This document shows positions 18,921 through 28,549 of a stretch of 64,000 nucleotides of DNA, one piece after another; the first letter of the stretch is position 1; each line of letters starts with the position of its first letter. The notes beneath the pieces were generated by a model that saw only the letters and a program-made list of their open reading frames with translations, made no database searches and was not told the origin of the DNA. The translations under genes were made by a program, and so were the position numbers. Source of the DNA: Patescibacteria group bacterium (lineage in GTDB: Bacteria; Patescibacteriota; Minisyncoccia; UBA6257; 2-01-FULL-56-20); NCBI GenBank assembly GCA_018971305.1, contig JAGXBC010000002.1, positions 16,046-80,045 of the forward strand, written 5' to 3'.

Positions 18921-20168
18921 TTATTCCTGCTCGGTTTTGTCCAGGCAAATTCCCAATACGGTTCCGAGCAGGAACCAGGTATGCCGCCAAAGAAATGCGT
19001 TCGTAAATAATATGCCGACGGCGAATGCCGCCGTGGCGACTATCCAGCCGAGTTTCAGGTGGCGCAGCGCGTCTTCCCTGGAGAAAGACATTATTTTTTT
19101 CCATGCTTCCTTGCCGAGATTGAAAACCAGTATCAGCAGGGCGATAAGCGAGCCGAAGCCGCCATACGATATCAACTCCATCAGAGAGTTGCTGGCAAAG
19201 AAGGGATAGCTGTAATTGTATTTAGTCGTGAGCGTTGCAATGCCGTAGTAGCCGAAGCCTAAGCCCAGCGGATTTTGCAGGAGAAATTCGAATGTCTTCG
19301 GCCAGGCCTCGCTCTGGTTCTGGCTTTCAATCTCCGAGGGAGAGAATTTTATAATACTGGTCGCAAAATTTGTTGCCCTGTTTAAAGCTAATATATGGAT
19401 TTTCGGTTGAATTATTAGCGCGATACGGTAACCCATGATAAGAGAAAAAATAAAAGCGATAGCGACGAGCCCGGCTTTCATGATAATTTTTTCCTTGCAT
19501 GCGTAATATACGATAAGCGCGACTATGGCTGCTAACAGTCCAAGCCACGAAGCTCTTGATGCCGACCATTCAATAAAAGAAGCAAGCACTACGAGGACCA
19601 CGGCCATTAATATTCTTTGCCAGGCCTTTTTATAATTTACGAAAATTACGATGCCGATAATAAAAGCAACGACTGTCCAGAGGCCGCAGAGTATCGGCGA
19701 TTGCATGAATCCCATTAGCCGCCCTCCGCCCACGTACACTCCCTCGTTCGGATTCCAGTATGCGGGTATGGCTAAGAGCGGAGAGAGTAAAATGGCCAAG
19801 CTGGCCGGCAATAAATATTTTTTGCCGTAAAAATAAACAAGAAATGCCGCCACGAAGAATGTGTAGGCGTTAAAGGCCAGCCGCCCGTAGTTTACCGCCG
19901 TTTCCTTGTCTATGGAGTTTTGCCCGTGGATGTAGCTTATAACCTGGGCTATCGCCGTGAGTGCAAAGATAGCGAAGAGGCTCCAGGCGTAGGGCTTTAA
20001 TTTCGGCCATAGAGCCTTTATCCCGAACCGCGTTTCTTTCGTTGTGATAAGGGCCGCTCCGATTACGAGCAGAAGCAGATCCGTTATTTTACCGGATGTG
20101 TCTGGCCAGTAGGCGAATAAAAAAACCGCCGCCACGGAGATCCAGAGAACGAATGATTTTGTTTTCAT
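18921..20168 (-). CDS. O-antigen ligase / polymerase family polytopic membrane protein (Wzy_C domain; WaaL-like)
   Basis: 415 aa, about 11 TM helices; periplasmic-loop motif IEWSASRASWLGLLAAIVAL resembles the O-antigen ligase family signature. Confidence 0.65.
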   Translation of the reverse strand: MKTKSFVLWISVAAVFLFAYWPDTSGKITDLLLLVIGAALITTKETRFGIKALWPKLKPYAWSLFAIFALTAIAQVISYIHGQNSIDKETAVNYGRLAFNAYTFFVAAFLVYFYGKKYLLPASLAILLSPLLAIPAYWNPNEGVYVGGGRLMGFMQSPILCGLWTVVAFIIGIVIFVNYKKAWQRILMAVVLVVLASFIEWSASRASWLGLLAAIVALIVYYACKEKIIMKAGLVAIAFIFSLIMGYRIALIIQPKIHILALNRATNFATSIIKFSPSEIESQNQSEAWPKTFEFLLQNPLGLGFGYYGIATLTTKYNYSYPFFASNSLMELISYGGFGSLIALLILVFNLGKEAWKKIMSFSREDALRHLKLGWIVATAAFAVGILFTNAFLWRHTWFLLGTVLGICLDKTEQE

Positions 20169-20278
20169 ATTATTTATTAGCCAGCCGGATCCTCAACGTT
20201 ATTGAAACTTTTTCTCTTTGGTATATTATATAGTAATATTTTGCCCAAATCTAACAACCGGTAATTTCACCCACAATA

Positions 20279-21187
20279 ATGGAAAATCCAGAACATTCTC
20301 CCGCCAGTAGGGGTTTGGTAAGCGTCGGTTTCATGACACATAACCGAGCCGGAACATTTCTCCGCGAGGCGTTGGAATCCCTTCTCGCCCAGACCTACAA
20401 AAACTTTGAGATAATAATTTCCGACGACGCTTCCACCGACGACACGGAAAAGATCTGCAAAGAGTACGCGGCTCAAGATAAGCGCATCAGATATATCCGG
20501 CAGGAGCGGAATATCGGTTTTGTCTACAATCCCGATTTTGTTGTAAGCCAGGCCAGGGGAGAATACTTTTTGTGGGCATGCGATGATGACAGATGGGACC
20601 CAGGGTTTTTAGAAAAATGCGTGGATAAATTCAGGGAAGACCCGGAGGCCATAATGGTTTTTACCCGTTTTAACGATGTCTTTTTGGACGGCTCCTTCGT
20701 AAAAACTTATGACCCAAAGAAGTTCTTTCCGTTTGAAAGAGATCTGTTCGGGCGGCTGAGGTCATACACTCTTTTTTATGCGAACGATCTAAAGTCGGTT
20801 CTTCAATACGGGCTCTGGAGGCTCCAGGCGATGAAGGACATTGCGATGTCCGGCCCGCAGGGTTTGCCGAGGCACGACGGTTGGTGGGGGTTCAATATTT
20901 TATTTATCTACAGGGCTCTGGCTAAGGGCCCGTTCGCTTTTGTTGATGAAACATTGTTTTTCAGGCGGACAAAAGTAAAAGAAAAGAAATTAAAGAAAAG
21001 GAATTTTATCGCCCGCCTTTTCTGGAGCTTTAAAGGGCGCCTGGAGAAGATATTCAATAATCCGCTTTTTTATCTCATCATTTGGTTTACCCTGAGAATA
21101 AAAAAACTTTCCTTCGGCCAGCGCCTTTATCTGGCGCTTCTCAACATCTATGTTATGGCGCGCTTGCTTTTCAGGAGGAAGATATAG
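20279..21187 (+). CDS. Glycosyltransferase family 2
   Basis: 302 aa; SVGFMTHNRAGTFLREALESLLAQTY...IIISDDASTDDT (DxD) ...WACDDD; paralogue of the ORF at 30635; amphipathic/hydrophobic C-terminal tail. Confidence 0.7.
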   Translation: MENPEHSPASRGLVSVGFMTHNRAGTFLREALESLLAQTYKNFEIIISDDASTDDTEKICKEYAAQDKRIRYIRQERNIGFVYNPDFVVSQARGEYFLWACDDDRWDPGFLEKCVDKFREDPEAIMVFTRFNDVFLDGSFVKTYDPKKFFPFERDLFGRLRSYTLFYANDLKSVLQYGLWRLQAMKDIAMSGPQGLPRHDGWWGFNILFIYRALAKGPFAFVDETLFFRRTKVKEKKLKKRNFIARLFWSFKGRLEKIFNNPLFYLIIWFTLRIKKLSFGQRLYLALLNIYVMARLLFRRKI

Positions 21188-21271
21188 GGTTATTGCGTTA
21201 TATGCCGGGATGTTTTAGTATGCAAAAAAACTTAGTTTTTCTATATATTATAGAAAATTTCAATTACTAGC

Positions 21272-24184
21272 ATGAAAGCTAAATTTTTGATGTTTTCGCT
21301 GTTTATTCTTTGCGGGTTTTTGTTTGCGAATAGTGCCTTAGCTTCAATCGAATGGACTCCGGATGCGCACACTGTTGCCCTTTATCACCTCGACGGCAAT
21401 TATTCGGATAGCTCCGGCAACGGTTTGGATTTGGTCGGATATAATTCACCAACTTTTTCTACTGGGCATTTTGGCATGGCAATTGATACGCATCCGCCAC
21501 TTATAACAAGCTCATCGTCCTATGCGTATGGTAGCGTTGATACGGGAATAGGTAACGGACCCATCACTATGGTTTGCTCTTTTTACGCTGCGTTACCCAG
21601 TCCAAACCAACGCCAGTTTATATGCAATAATAGTTTTTCTTCCAACAAGCTGGTATACAGAATTGAATATAGAGATATTTCCGGTATCCAATACCTTCGT
21701 TTCTATCGAGACAGATATAACATAATTTCGGATTATGTAAGTTATACAACTACTCTTACGCCTGGTATTTATTACAACGTTATTCTTGTTTATGACGGAA
21801 GCGTTCTTAAAGGTTACCTTAACGGCAATCTTGTTGCGTCATCCTCGTTCTCGGGAGATGGTGGCCTCGCCCTCCATGACTGTATAGTTATTGGTGCAGA
21901 GGCCGATCCAGATATTGGATGTAGCCATGTCGTCGACAGCTGGGGCCTTGATGGCCAAGTTGACGAAGTAATTATTCAAAACACTGCTTGGAGCGATAGA
22001 GATGTGTCGAATTACTACAACAATTATTTTCTCGGCTCCGCCCCCATTCAGCGCGAACCGGTCGTTATAGTCCCGGGAATTATGGGGTCTTATCTTAACC
22101 GTGTTTCCAACGGAGAAGAAGTCTGGCCTAATGTCACTAAGATGTTGGGGTTGTCTGACACATATTTAGACGACCTTCGGCTCTCATCTTCCGGAAAAGA
22201 AATCTTTGGCAAAGAAATGAATGCGCCAGCGGTTATAGAGGAGGTAGCCATACTTGGCGTTCCCGTTAAAACAGTCTATAAAAATCTTATACAAGATCTT
22301 AGTGGATATACCCTAAATACAAATTTATTTGTTGTTCCTTATGACTGGCGTCTTGATATACATAGCCAAATAGATAAATTAGATCAAGTGGTAAATCGGG
22401 CCATAAAAAATTCTCCTAATGGAAAAATAAATATTATCGCCCACAGCATGGGAGGCCTCTTGGCCAAGGATTACATTTCCGAGACCCCCACATCTTCATT
22501 TTTGGATAAAGTTATATTTCTCGGAACTCCTAATCTAGGTGCACCATTAGCTGCCAAGATATTAAATTATGGTGACGATCTTAATTTTAAGATAATAAAA
22601 AACAACAAGTTAACCAGTATTCTTAACGAAGGAGAAATTAAAAAAATTTCGCAAAATATGCCCGCCGTTTACGAACTTCTGCCCAGCCGTAATTATTTTT
22701 CTACCGTGAATTCCTATATAGCGGATTTTAACCCCCTTGGTCAAGACAATTTTCTAGATTATAACGCCACCGAACAATTCCTATCTGGTCAGGGACGGAA
22801 CAGCGGACTTCTTGCGAGAGCCGATACTTTTCACGAACAGGATACGACGCTCGTCAATGCCCCAAAGGTTTACAACATCGTTGGATGCCAAAATTATAAT
22901 ACTATCGGGGGATATCTTATTTATCCTCATGGTAGGTACGACTTGGGCTATATAAGCGGTGATGGTACCGTTCCTCTTGGAAGTGCCGTAAGTATTCCTA
23001 ATACAACCCTGACATACTATGCTCCATTTGGCACGACCGGTATTGACCACATGGGTTTGGCCGGGGATTCCAATGTACTAAACATAATACAAGGTATTTT
23101 GAAGGATAACCCACTATCATCTTCCGGGAACGTAACAGAGGATGGCACCACGTGCGTCCAGGGTAGCCCTGATGCGATAATTTTTGAAACGCATTCCCCG
23201 GTCAGTTTGAATGTTTATGATCACGAGGGTAATCATCTTGGCCCCACCGCTAGTGGGACTACGGAATTCGGAATCACCGGTGCGAGTTATTATACTATAG
23301 AACACAACAGTTTCGCGCGCGTTCCCGCCGGGGATGCTTATACCGTTGTACTTAACGGTACAGCGACAGGTACTGCGGAATTTGATATAGAATCTGCGAG
23401 CGGTAGCACGATACACAACAAAGCGGTTTTTCGTAATATTCCCATCTCTGGTTCTGATACTGTCGTAAGGACTGCATTCAGTGATTTTCATAATCAGATT
23501 ACATTAAATGTGGATAACAACGGTGATGATTCGACCGATCTAATATTACAACCGGATGCCATTCTTTCCGGTGTGCAAAGCGCGGATATAACTCCCCCGG
23601 TAATCCTTACATCTTATGTTTCCAGTACTCTTGTGGTTGGTTCGCCAATTACACTCGAATTTTCTGCTACGGATGATTTATCTGGAGTAGCATCTACAAC
23701 CGCGACCCTGGATGGCAACCCCGTACCGAATGGCATGAAAATCTCAACCCTTGGTGTCGGTCAACATACATTTGAAGTAGACTCAGTGGATAATGCCGGC
23801 AATCCGTCGGCATCACAAATGATTTTTAACGTTGTTTATAATTTCGGCGGCTTCTTGCCACCGGTTAAATTAGACGGTTCTGGCACCTATAAACAAGGCA
23901 GGACATTACCAATGAAATTTCAACTAACGGATGCAAATGGCAACTTCATAACCAACGCAACGGCGCGGCTCTCCTTATCGAGAGTTTCTGATAATTTATT
24001 TGGGACAACGGGTGACGCGTATCTTTCATCGAATATGGCCGATGGCGAAAGTCAGTTTAGATACGACTTTACAACCAATCAATATGTTTTCAATTTACCA
24101 CTAAATATTGATATTGGATTATGGAGATTGGAAGTTAGACTAGATGACGGCACTAAGCATTTTGTTGAAATTTCTGTAAAGTAA
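21272..24184 (+). CDS. Large secreted multidomain protein: signal peptide + concanavalin A-like lectin (LamG) domain + LCAT/PGAP1-like alpha/beta-hydrolase lipase/acyltransferase domain + C-terminal Ig-like/beta-sandwich repeats
   Basis: 970 aa. N-terminus MKAKFLMFSLFILCGFLFANSALA is a signal peptide. Residues ~30–250 show the LamG-like pattern (GNGLDLVG...GYLNGNLVAS). Residues ~260–600 carry VVIVPGIMGS, PYDWRLD, IIAHSMGGLLA (nucleophile elbow) and SGDGTVPLGSA (the LCAT-type GDGTV Asp motif). The C-terminal third is rich in T/S/G/D/N beta-strand repeats. Confidence 0.65.
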   Translation: MKAKFLMFSLFILCGFLFANSALASIEWTPDAHTVALYHLDGNYSDSSGNGLDLVGYNSPTFSTGHFGMAIDTHPPLITSSSSYAYGSVDTGIGNGPITMVCSFYAALPSPNQRQFICNNSFSSNKLVYRIEYRDISGIQYLRFYRDRYNIISDYVSYTTTLTPGIYYNVILVYDGSVLKGYLNGNLVASSSFSGDGGLALHDCIVIGAEADPDIGCSHVVDSWGLDGQVDEVIIQNTAWSDRDVSNYYNNYFLGSAPIQREPVVIVPGIMGSYLNRVSNGEEVWPNVTKMLGLSDTYLDDLRLSSSGKEIFGKEMNAPAVIEEVAILGVPVKTVYKNLIQDLSGYTLNTNLFVVPYDWRLDIHSQIDKLDQVVNRAIKNSPNGKINIIAHSMGGLLAKDYISETPTSSFLDKVIFLGTPNLGAPLAAKILNYGDDLNFKIIKNNKLTSILNEGEIKKISQNMPAVYELLPSRNYFSTVNSYIADFNPLGQDNFLDYNATEQFLSGQGRNSGLLARADTFHEQDTTLVNAPKVYNIVGCQNYNTIGGYLIYPHGRYDLGYISGDGTVPLGSAVSIPNTTLTYYAPFGTTGIDHMGLAGDSNVLNIIQGILKDNPLSSSGNVTEDGTTCVQGSPDAIIFETHSPVSLNVYDHEGNHLGPTASGTTEFGITGASYYTIEHNSFARVPAGDAYTVVLNGTATGTAEFDIESASGSTIHNKAVFRNIPISGSDTVVRTAFSDFHNQITLNVDNNGDDSTDLILQPDAILSGVQSADITPPVILTSYVSSTLVVGSPITLEFSATDDLSGVASTTATLDGNPVPNGMKISTLGVGQHTFEVDSVDNAGNPSASQMIFNVVYNFGGFLPPVKLDGSGTYKQGRTLPMKFQLTDANGNFITNATARLSLSRVSDNLFGTTGDAYLSSNMADGESQFRYDFTTNQYVFNLPLNIDIGLWRLEVRLDDGTKHFVEISVK

Positions 24185-24217
24185 TAACCTAGAGTTGCTA
24201 TTTTATTTATTATCACG

Positions 24218-24613
24218 ATGTGGAAATTGTACGTATATAGTTTTCTGTTAGGAATAGCATCAAATCCATTATTGTATTTTCTGGAGTATCTTCTGCCGTA
24301 TATGGGTCGCCCAATGATGGATTTCAGTTATATGCTGACGGACTGGTTTGGTCCGCCTACCACCGTGAACCAATCTTTAATAAGTTTATTTTCTCAATTT
24401 TTTTTCACAGAGCTCATCTTGGGGTTATATCTATTTATAATTTTTTTATTTTCATCTCCCGTGCGCAATAAATCAAAGTTTGCTCCGAGCGGAACAACCA
24501 AAGCAAAATTTATGCTATCCATTTTCGCCGCTTTCGTTGGAGGTATTGCGGTTTTTGGCGTGTTATCGATTCTCGCTGTGAGCTTAGCCGTTTCACATTG
24601 GAGCTTTATGTAA
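24218..24613 (+). CDS. Hypothetical small membrane protein
   Basis: 131-aa ORF with 3–4 hydrophobic helices; no motif recognised. Confidence 0.3.
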   Translation: MWKLYVYSFLLGIASNPLLYFLEYLLPYMGRPMMDFSYMLTDWFGPPTTVNQSLISLFSQFFFTELILGLYLFIIFLFSSPVRNKSKFAPSGTTKAKFMLSIFAAFVGGIAVFGVLSILAVSLAVSHWSFM

Positions 24614-24771
24614 GTCCAGAGAACTTTTATATTTTTAACTTTTTATTTAATATTAATAGTTAATTATGCGTACCCCGGTTTTAAAAGAGATTATCCATAC
24701 GGTTAGGCGGTGCCACTTAACCAGTAGATTATTTTGAGATGGTCGAAATCTGTGTTAATATTTAGTCATAT

Positions 24772-26025
24772 TTGATAATTAGTAATATCTTTATGCCGTT
24801 TTCTAAAAAATCAACAAACCTAAGGGTTCCATATGCACGTTCTGTTTACGACTCTAAAGAGGAGAAAGCCGTGCTTAGGGTTATGCGCGCTCCTGGCAGA
24901 ATGGCTATGGGTCCGGAGACAAGAAAATTTGAGGAACGAGTTGCCAAGGCCTGCGGTAAGAAATACGGTATTATGGTCAACTCTGGTTCATCTGCCAATT
25001 TACTCTCGGTTGAATTGCTAGACCTACCTAGGGGTTCAGAGGTTATTACGCCGATTCTTACGTTTTCTACAACTGTTGCCCCACTGGTTCAAAAAGGGCT
25101 TATACCGGCATTTACAGATGTTGAAGAGGGAACATACAATATAAACATTTCGCAGATGGAGCGACTACTTACCAAAAAGACCAAGGCATTGATGATACCG
25201 TTATTTCTCGGCAATGTCCCGAATCTTTCGGCTATCAAGATTTTTGCAAAAAAACACAGGCTTTTCTTTATAGAAGATTCTTGCGACACGCTCGGCGCCA
25301 CTTATCGTGGCGTTCCCTCTGGAAGGTTTTCCGATATCACCACAACAAGTTTTTATGGTGCTCATATAATAACGGCAACTAGTAATGGTGGAATGCTAAT
25401 GGTAAATAATCCGGAATGGAGGGATTTTGCTAGAGTTTTGCGTGGTTGGGGCAGAAGCTCGGCCCTTTTTGGGGAGTCGGAGGATATAAGGCAGCGTTTC
25501 AAGGCACGACTAGGAAAGATACCGTACGATGCGAAATTTGTTTTCGATAAAGTTGGTTACAATTTACTTCCATCAGAGATGGGCGCTGCTTTCGGCAATG
25601 TGCAGATGGATAGGCTACCAGTATTTAGAAAAAGGCGTGAACATAACTTCAAGGAACTTTCCAAATTTTTCAAAAGTTATGAAGAATTTTTTATTCGGCC
25701 AATCCAGAATCCGGAAGCAAGGACGCAATGGATAAGTTTCCCGCTTACCATACGCAAGGGTGCCCCCTTTACGCGCATGGATATAATGTCTTATCTTGAG
25801 AAAAATAATATTCAAACGCGGCCAGTAGCGACCGGAAATATTCTTTTGCAGCCTGGCTTCCGTAATATCGTTAGGAAAACTTTGCGCGAAGGATATCCGG
25901 TGGCGGACGAGATAACCAAGAGAGGATTTGTTATTGGGGTCCATCATGGCTTAATGAGAGAACATCTGGATAAAATGAAGAGAGTTTTACGGGAATTCCT
26001 CAAGAAGTATAGTTCTTACAGCTAA
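24772..26025 (+). CDS. PMP-dependent NDP-4-keto-6-deoxyhexose 3-dehydrase (E1/RfbH/ColD-type DegT-family enzyme)
   Basis: 417 aa, DegT fold. At the position of the Schiff-base lysine, the motif reads SFYGAHIITATSNGGM, with His replacing Lys; this is the diagnostic change of the E1/ColD/SpnQ 3-dehydrase subgroup. Start codon uncertain. Confidence 0.7.
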   Translation: MIISNIFMPFSKKSTNLRVPYARSVYDSKEEKAVLRVMRAPGRMAMGPETRKFEERVAKACGKKYGIMVNSGSSANLLSVELLDLPRGSEVITPILTFSTTVAPLVQKGLIPAFTDVEEGTYNINISQMERLLTKKTKALMIPLFLGNVPNLSAIKIFAKKHRLFFIEDSCDTLGATYRGVPSGRFSDITTTSFYGAHIITATSNGGMLMVNNPEWRDFARVLRGWGRSSALFGESEDIRQRFKARLGKIPYDAKFVFDKVGYNLLPSEMGAAFGNVQMDRLPVFRKRREHNFKELSKFFKSYEEFFIRPIQNPEARTQWISFPLTIRKGAPFTRMDIMSYLEKNNIQTRPVATGNILLQPGFRNIVRKTLREGYPVADEITKRGFVIGVHHGLMREHLDKMKRVLREFLKKYSSYS

Positions 26026-26034
26026 TTTAGTCTC

Positions 26035-26595
26035 ATGGATTTGAGAGAAAGTAAAATCGGTGGCGCTTGCGAAATCTTTTTAAAACCTAGTACTGATGAG
26101 CGTGGTCACTTTATGCGTACCTACGATAGTAAGATATTTGAGGAGTATGGATTGCCGACCGAGTGGCCGGAAGAGAGCGAATCTTTTTCCAGAATCAAAG
26201 GAACGATTCGCGGGCTACATTTCCAATATCCACCGGACTGGGAAACAAAAGTGATAAGGGCTGTTAGTGGAGAAACGTTTTTGGCTATCGTTGATCTGCG
26301 GAAAACTTCTCCGACCTTTGGAAAATGGGATTCTGTTGTTTTGTCCGCTACAAAACACAATATGTTCGTAGTACCGCGCGGTTGCGCTAATGGAATTTGC
26401 ACCCTTACGGAAAACTGTATCCTTGCCTATAAAATGGATAATCATTTCAACCCCAAGAATCAAGATAATATTTTGTGGAAAGATTCTGATATTGGAATTG
26501 ATTGGCCGATAAATCCACCTGTAATAATTTCCGCGAGAGATACGAGTGCCCAAACCTTCAAACAATTTATGAAAAAGAGCAAAAGAGGGCTCTAA
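26035..26595 (+). CDS. RmlC-like cupin (NDP-sugar 3,5- or 5-epimerase)
   Basis: 186 aa; RGLHFQ motif and overall dTDP-4-dehydrorhamnose 3,5-epimerase pattern. Confidence 0.7.
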   Translation: MDLRESKIGGACEIFLKPSTDERGHFMRTYDSKIFEEYGLPTEWPEESESFSRIKGTIRGLHFQYPPDWETKVIRAVSGETFLAIVDLRKTSPTFGKWDSVVLSATKHNMFVVPRGCANGICTLTENCILAYKMDNHFNPKNQDNILWKDSDIGIDWPINPPVIISARDTSAQTFKQFMKKSKRGL

Positions 26596-26638
26596 ATTAA
26601 ATAAATAGCGGCAGGACAACTGTCCCACCGCTTATGTT

Positions 26639-27240
26639 TCATTTCCGTAAAGAAACCTCTTCTATGGAAAGATATCCGTTGTTTGTCAGGCGCGCCATCA
26701 ACATGAAATTTTTCTTTGCCGCTATAACTTCCTTATAGAATTGCCATCCATGGATAGCGGCTTGGCCACTAGAAATCGCTCCAGTTTCAATATTGTATTC
26801 TACTTCTGATTCGCTTAGTGCCACGACGCGTAGGCCGCCATCGTTTTCGACCCATTTTTCAAAGCGTAATTCAGAAAGATAGGCAACTGAGCAGAAATTG
26901 GCTGATGCAAGATCCGATCCGAACATATAGATTGGATGCACTCTTCTATAGAGGGTAACCTTTTGGTCAGGAACTTCGGTTTCTTCACCGAGTTCTCTCA
27001 GAATACCCAACGTAATTCCTTCTCCGGGGTCAATTCCGCCACCGGGGAATTCTAAGGATTTCATGGTTCCCAGGTCGAAAGAATTTCCATTGTCGAGTAT
27101 CACTCGGCTTACTCTTTCGGGATAACGTTCGTTTGTCGGACGTTCTTCGATTACCATAAGTAATCTACCATCAGGGAGGACTGGAACGACATTATTTCCT
27201 TGTTTATACCAATCCTGTCTCATATTCACGATCTCCATAT
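26639..27240 (-). CDS. NUDIX hydrolase (possibly an NDP-sugar hydrolase such as GDP-mannose mannosyl hydrolase)
   Basis: Nudix box GGGIDPGEGITLGILRELGEETEV (G-x5-E-x7-REUxEExGU). The six-frame ORF extends to 27673 but would overlap the divergent dehydratase gene, so an internal Met (27238) is preferred; start uncertain. Confidence 0.55.
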
Positions 27241-27535
27241 ATTCAAAATATGGGAAAACACCATTGGCAAATTGCGCCTTTTGTCGTCCATGGCTAGAGC
27301 AAACGACAATCACGGCATAGCGATATAGGAGGACTGCGAGTCGAACGTGTTTTCCTTCTTGCCACTCCACGCCCCTTAATTCTTCATATAGCAATGTTCG
27401 TTCATGTTTTTCGTATAGCAAAAGACACCCCCGCGATTTTGTATTTAAACATCTGCGGTCATTATACTTTATCGAAAAAGTATTGTCAAATTGACGCAAT
27501 GGAATAAACCCTATAGAATCATAGTTAAATTTACG

Positions 27536-28543
27536 ATGAAACAAAAAATACTTATTACTGGAATAAGCGGCTTCGTCGGTTCCCATATGGCTGACTTTCT
27601 TTTGGAAAAAACTGATGCCGAAATATATGGTTTGAAGCGTTGGCATCTTTCTCGTCTGCGTAACATAAAACACCTATTAGACAATCCGCGCGTTAAATTT
27701 TTCGATTGCGATATTACCGATCCAATTGCAGCCCATGAAGCAATAGTAAAAATAAAGCCCGACAAGGTTTTTCATTTTGCAGCGGAAAGCTTCGTTTCAC
27801 CTTCATGGCTTCACCCGAGCCACTATATGGATGTAAATTATAAGGGTACCGTGAATCTACTTGATGCCATAAAACAAGTTGGTATCAATCCCAGGTTTCA
27901 TATTGCCGGTTCCGGAGAAGAATACGGAGAGATAGGAGAAAAGGAATTGCCCATAACCGACGAGACGGTTCTAAGGCCAGTGAACCCTTATGCTGTAAGC
28001 AAGGTGGCTCAGGATTTTATTGGATTTGTTTATTTCAAATCTTACGGATTGAACGTTATACGCACGCGTTCTTTTAATCACGAGGGTCCACGTCGTGATA
28101 ATGTTTTCGGAATTCCCTGGTATGCATATCAGGTTGCACGTATGGAGGCTGGGAAACAACCACTAGCTTTGAGAGTCGGTAATATTGATGATAAGAGGAA
28201 TTTTACCCACGTTCGTGATATGGTTGAGGCTTACTGGTTGGCGATGGAAAAATGTGAGCCTGGAGAAATGTATCTTATAGGAGCCGACGAATCGGATCAT
28301 GTTTACACATTCCGAGGGGTGGCTGAAAAATTGATCGCTATGTCTTCTTTAGAGAATAAAGAATCCGTGAAAATAGAGACTGACCCACAATTTGTTCGTC
28401 CCACTAGTGTGCCATTTTTAATAGGTGACACCTCGAAGTTCAGGAAATTGACGGGTTGGAAGCCAAAGATTGGTTTTGAACAGATTCTTGAGGACACCCT
28501 AAATTATTGGCGCGGCATCGTGAAAAATGGTTTCAACGACTGA
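27536..28543 (+). CDS. GDP-mannose 4,6-dehydratase-family SDR (Gmd/DmhA-like NDP-sugar 4,6-dehydratase)
   Basis: Starts MKQKILITGISGFVGSH; contains RPVNPYAVSKV (Y/K dyad) and the Gmd-diagnostic SFNHEGPRR motif. The six-frame ORF begins at 27491, but a Rossmann-proximal Met at 27536 is more likely. Confidence 0.75.
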   Translation: MKQKILITGISGFVGSHMADFLLEKTDAEIYGLKRWHLSRLRNIKHLLDNPRVKFFDCDITDPIAAHEAIVKIKPDKVFHFAAESFVSPSWLHPSHYMDVNYKGTVNLLDAIKQVGINPRFHIAGSGEEYGEIGEKELPITDETVLRPVNPYAVSKVAQDFIGFVYFKSYGLNVIRTRSFNHEGPRRDNVFGIPWYAYQVARMEAGKQPLALRVGNIDDKRNFTHVRDMVEAYWLAMEKCEPGEMYLIGADESDHVYTFRGVAEKLIAMSSLENKESVKIETDPQFVRPTSVPFLIGDTSKFRKLTGWKPKIGFEQILEDTLNYWRGIVKNGFND

Positions 28544-28549
28544 CGCGAG

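Noticed and set aside
27241-27673. Long N-terminal extension of the Nudix ORF (annotated here as 26639..27240, internal start 27238) up to 27673
   Set aside because: It would overlap the start of the divergent Gmd-like dehydratase gene by more than 100 nt and has no Nudix-related sequence; an internal Met start is more plausible, although the exact start remains uncertain.
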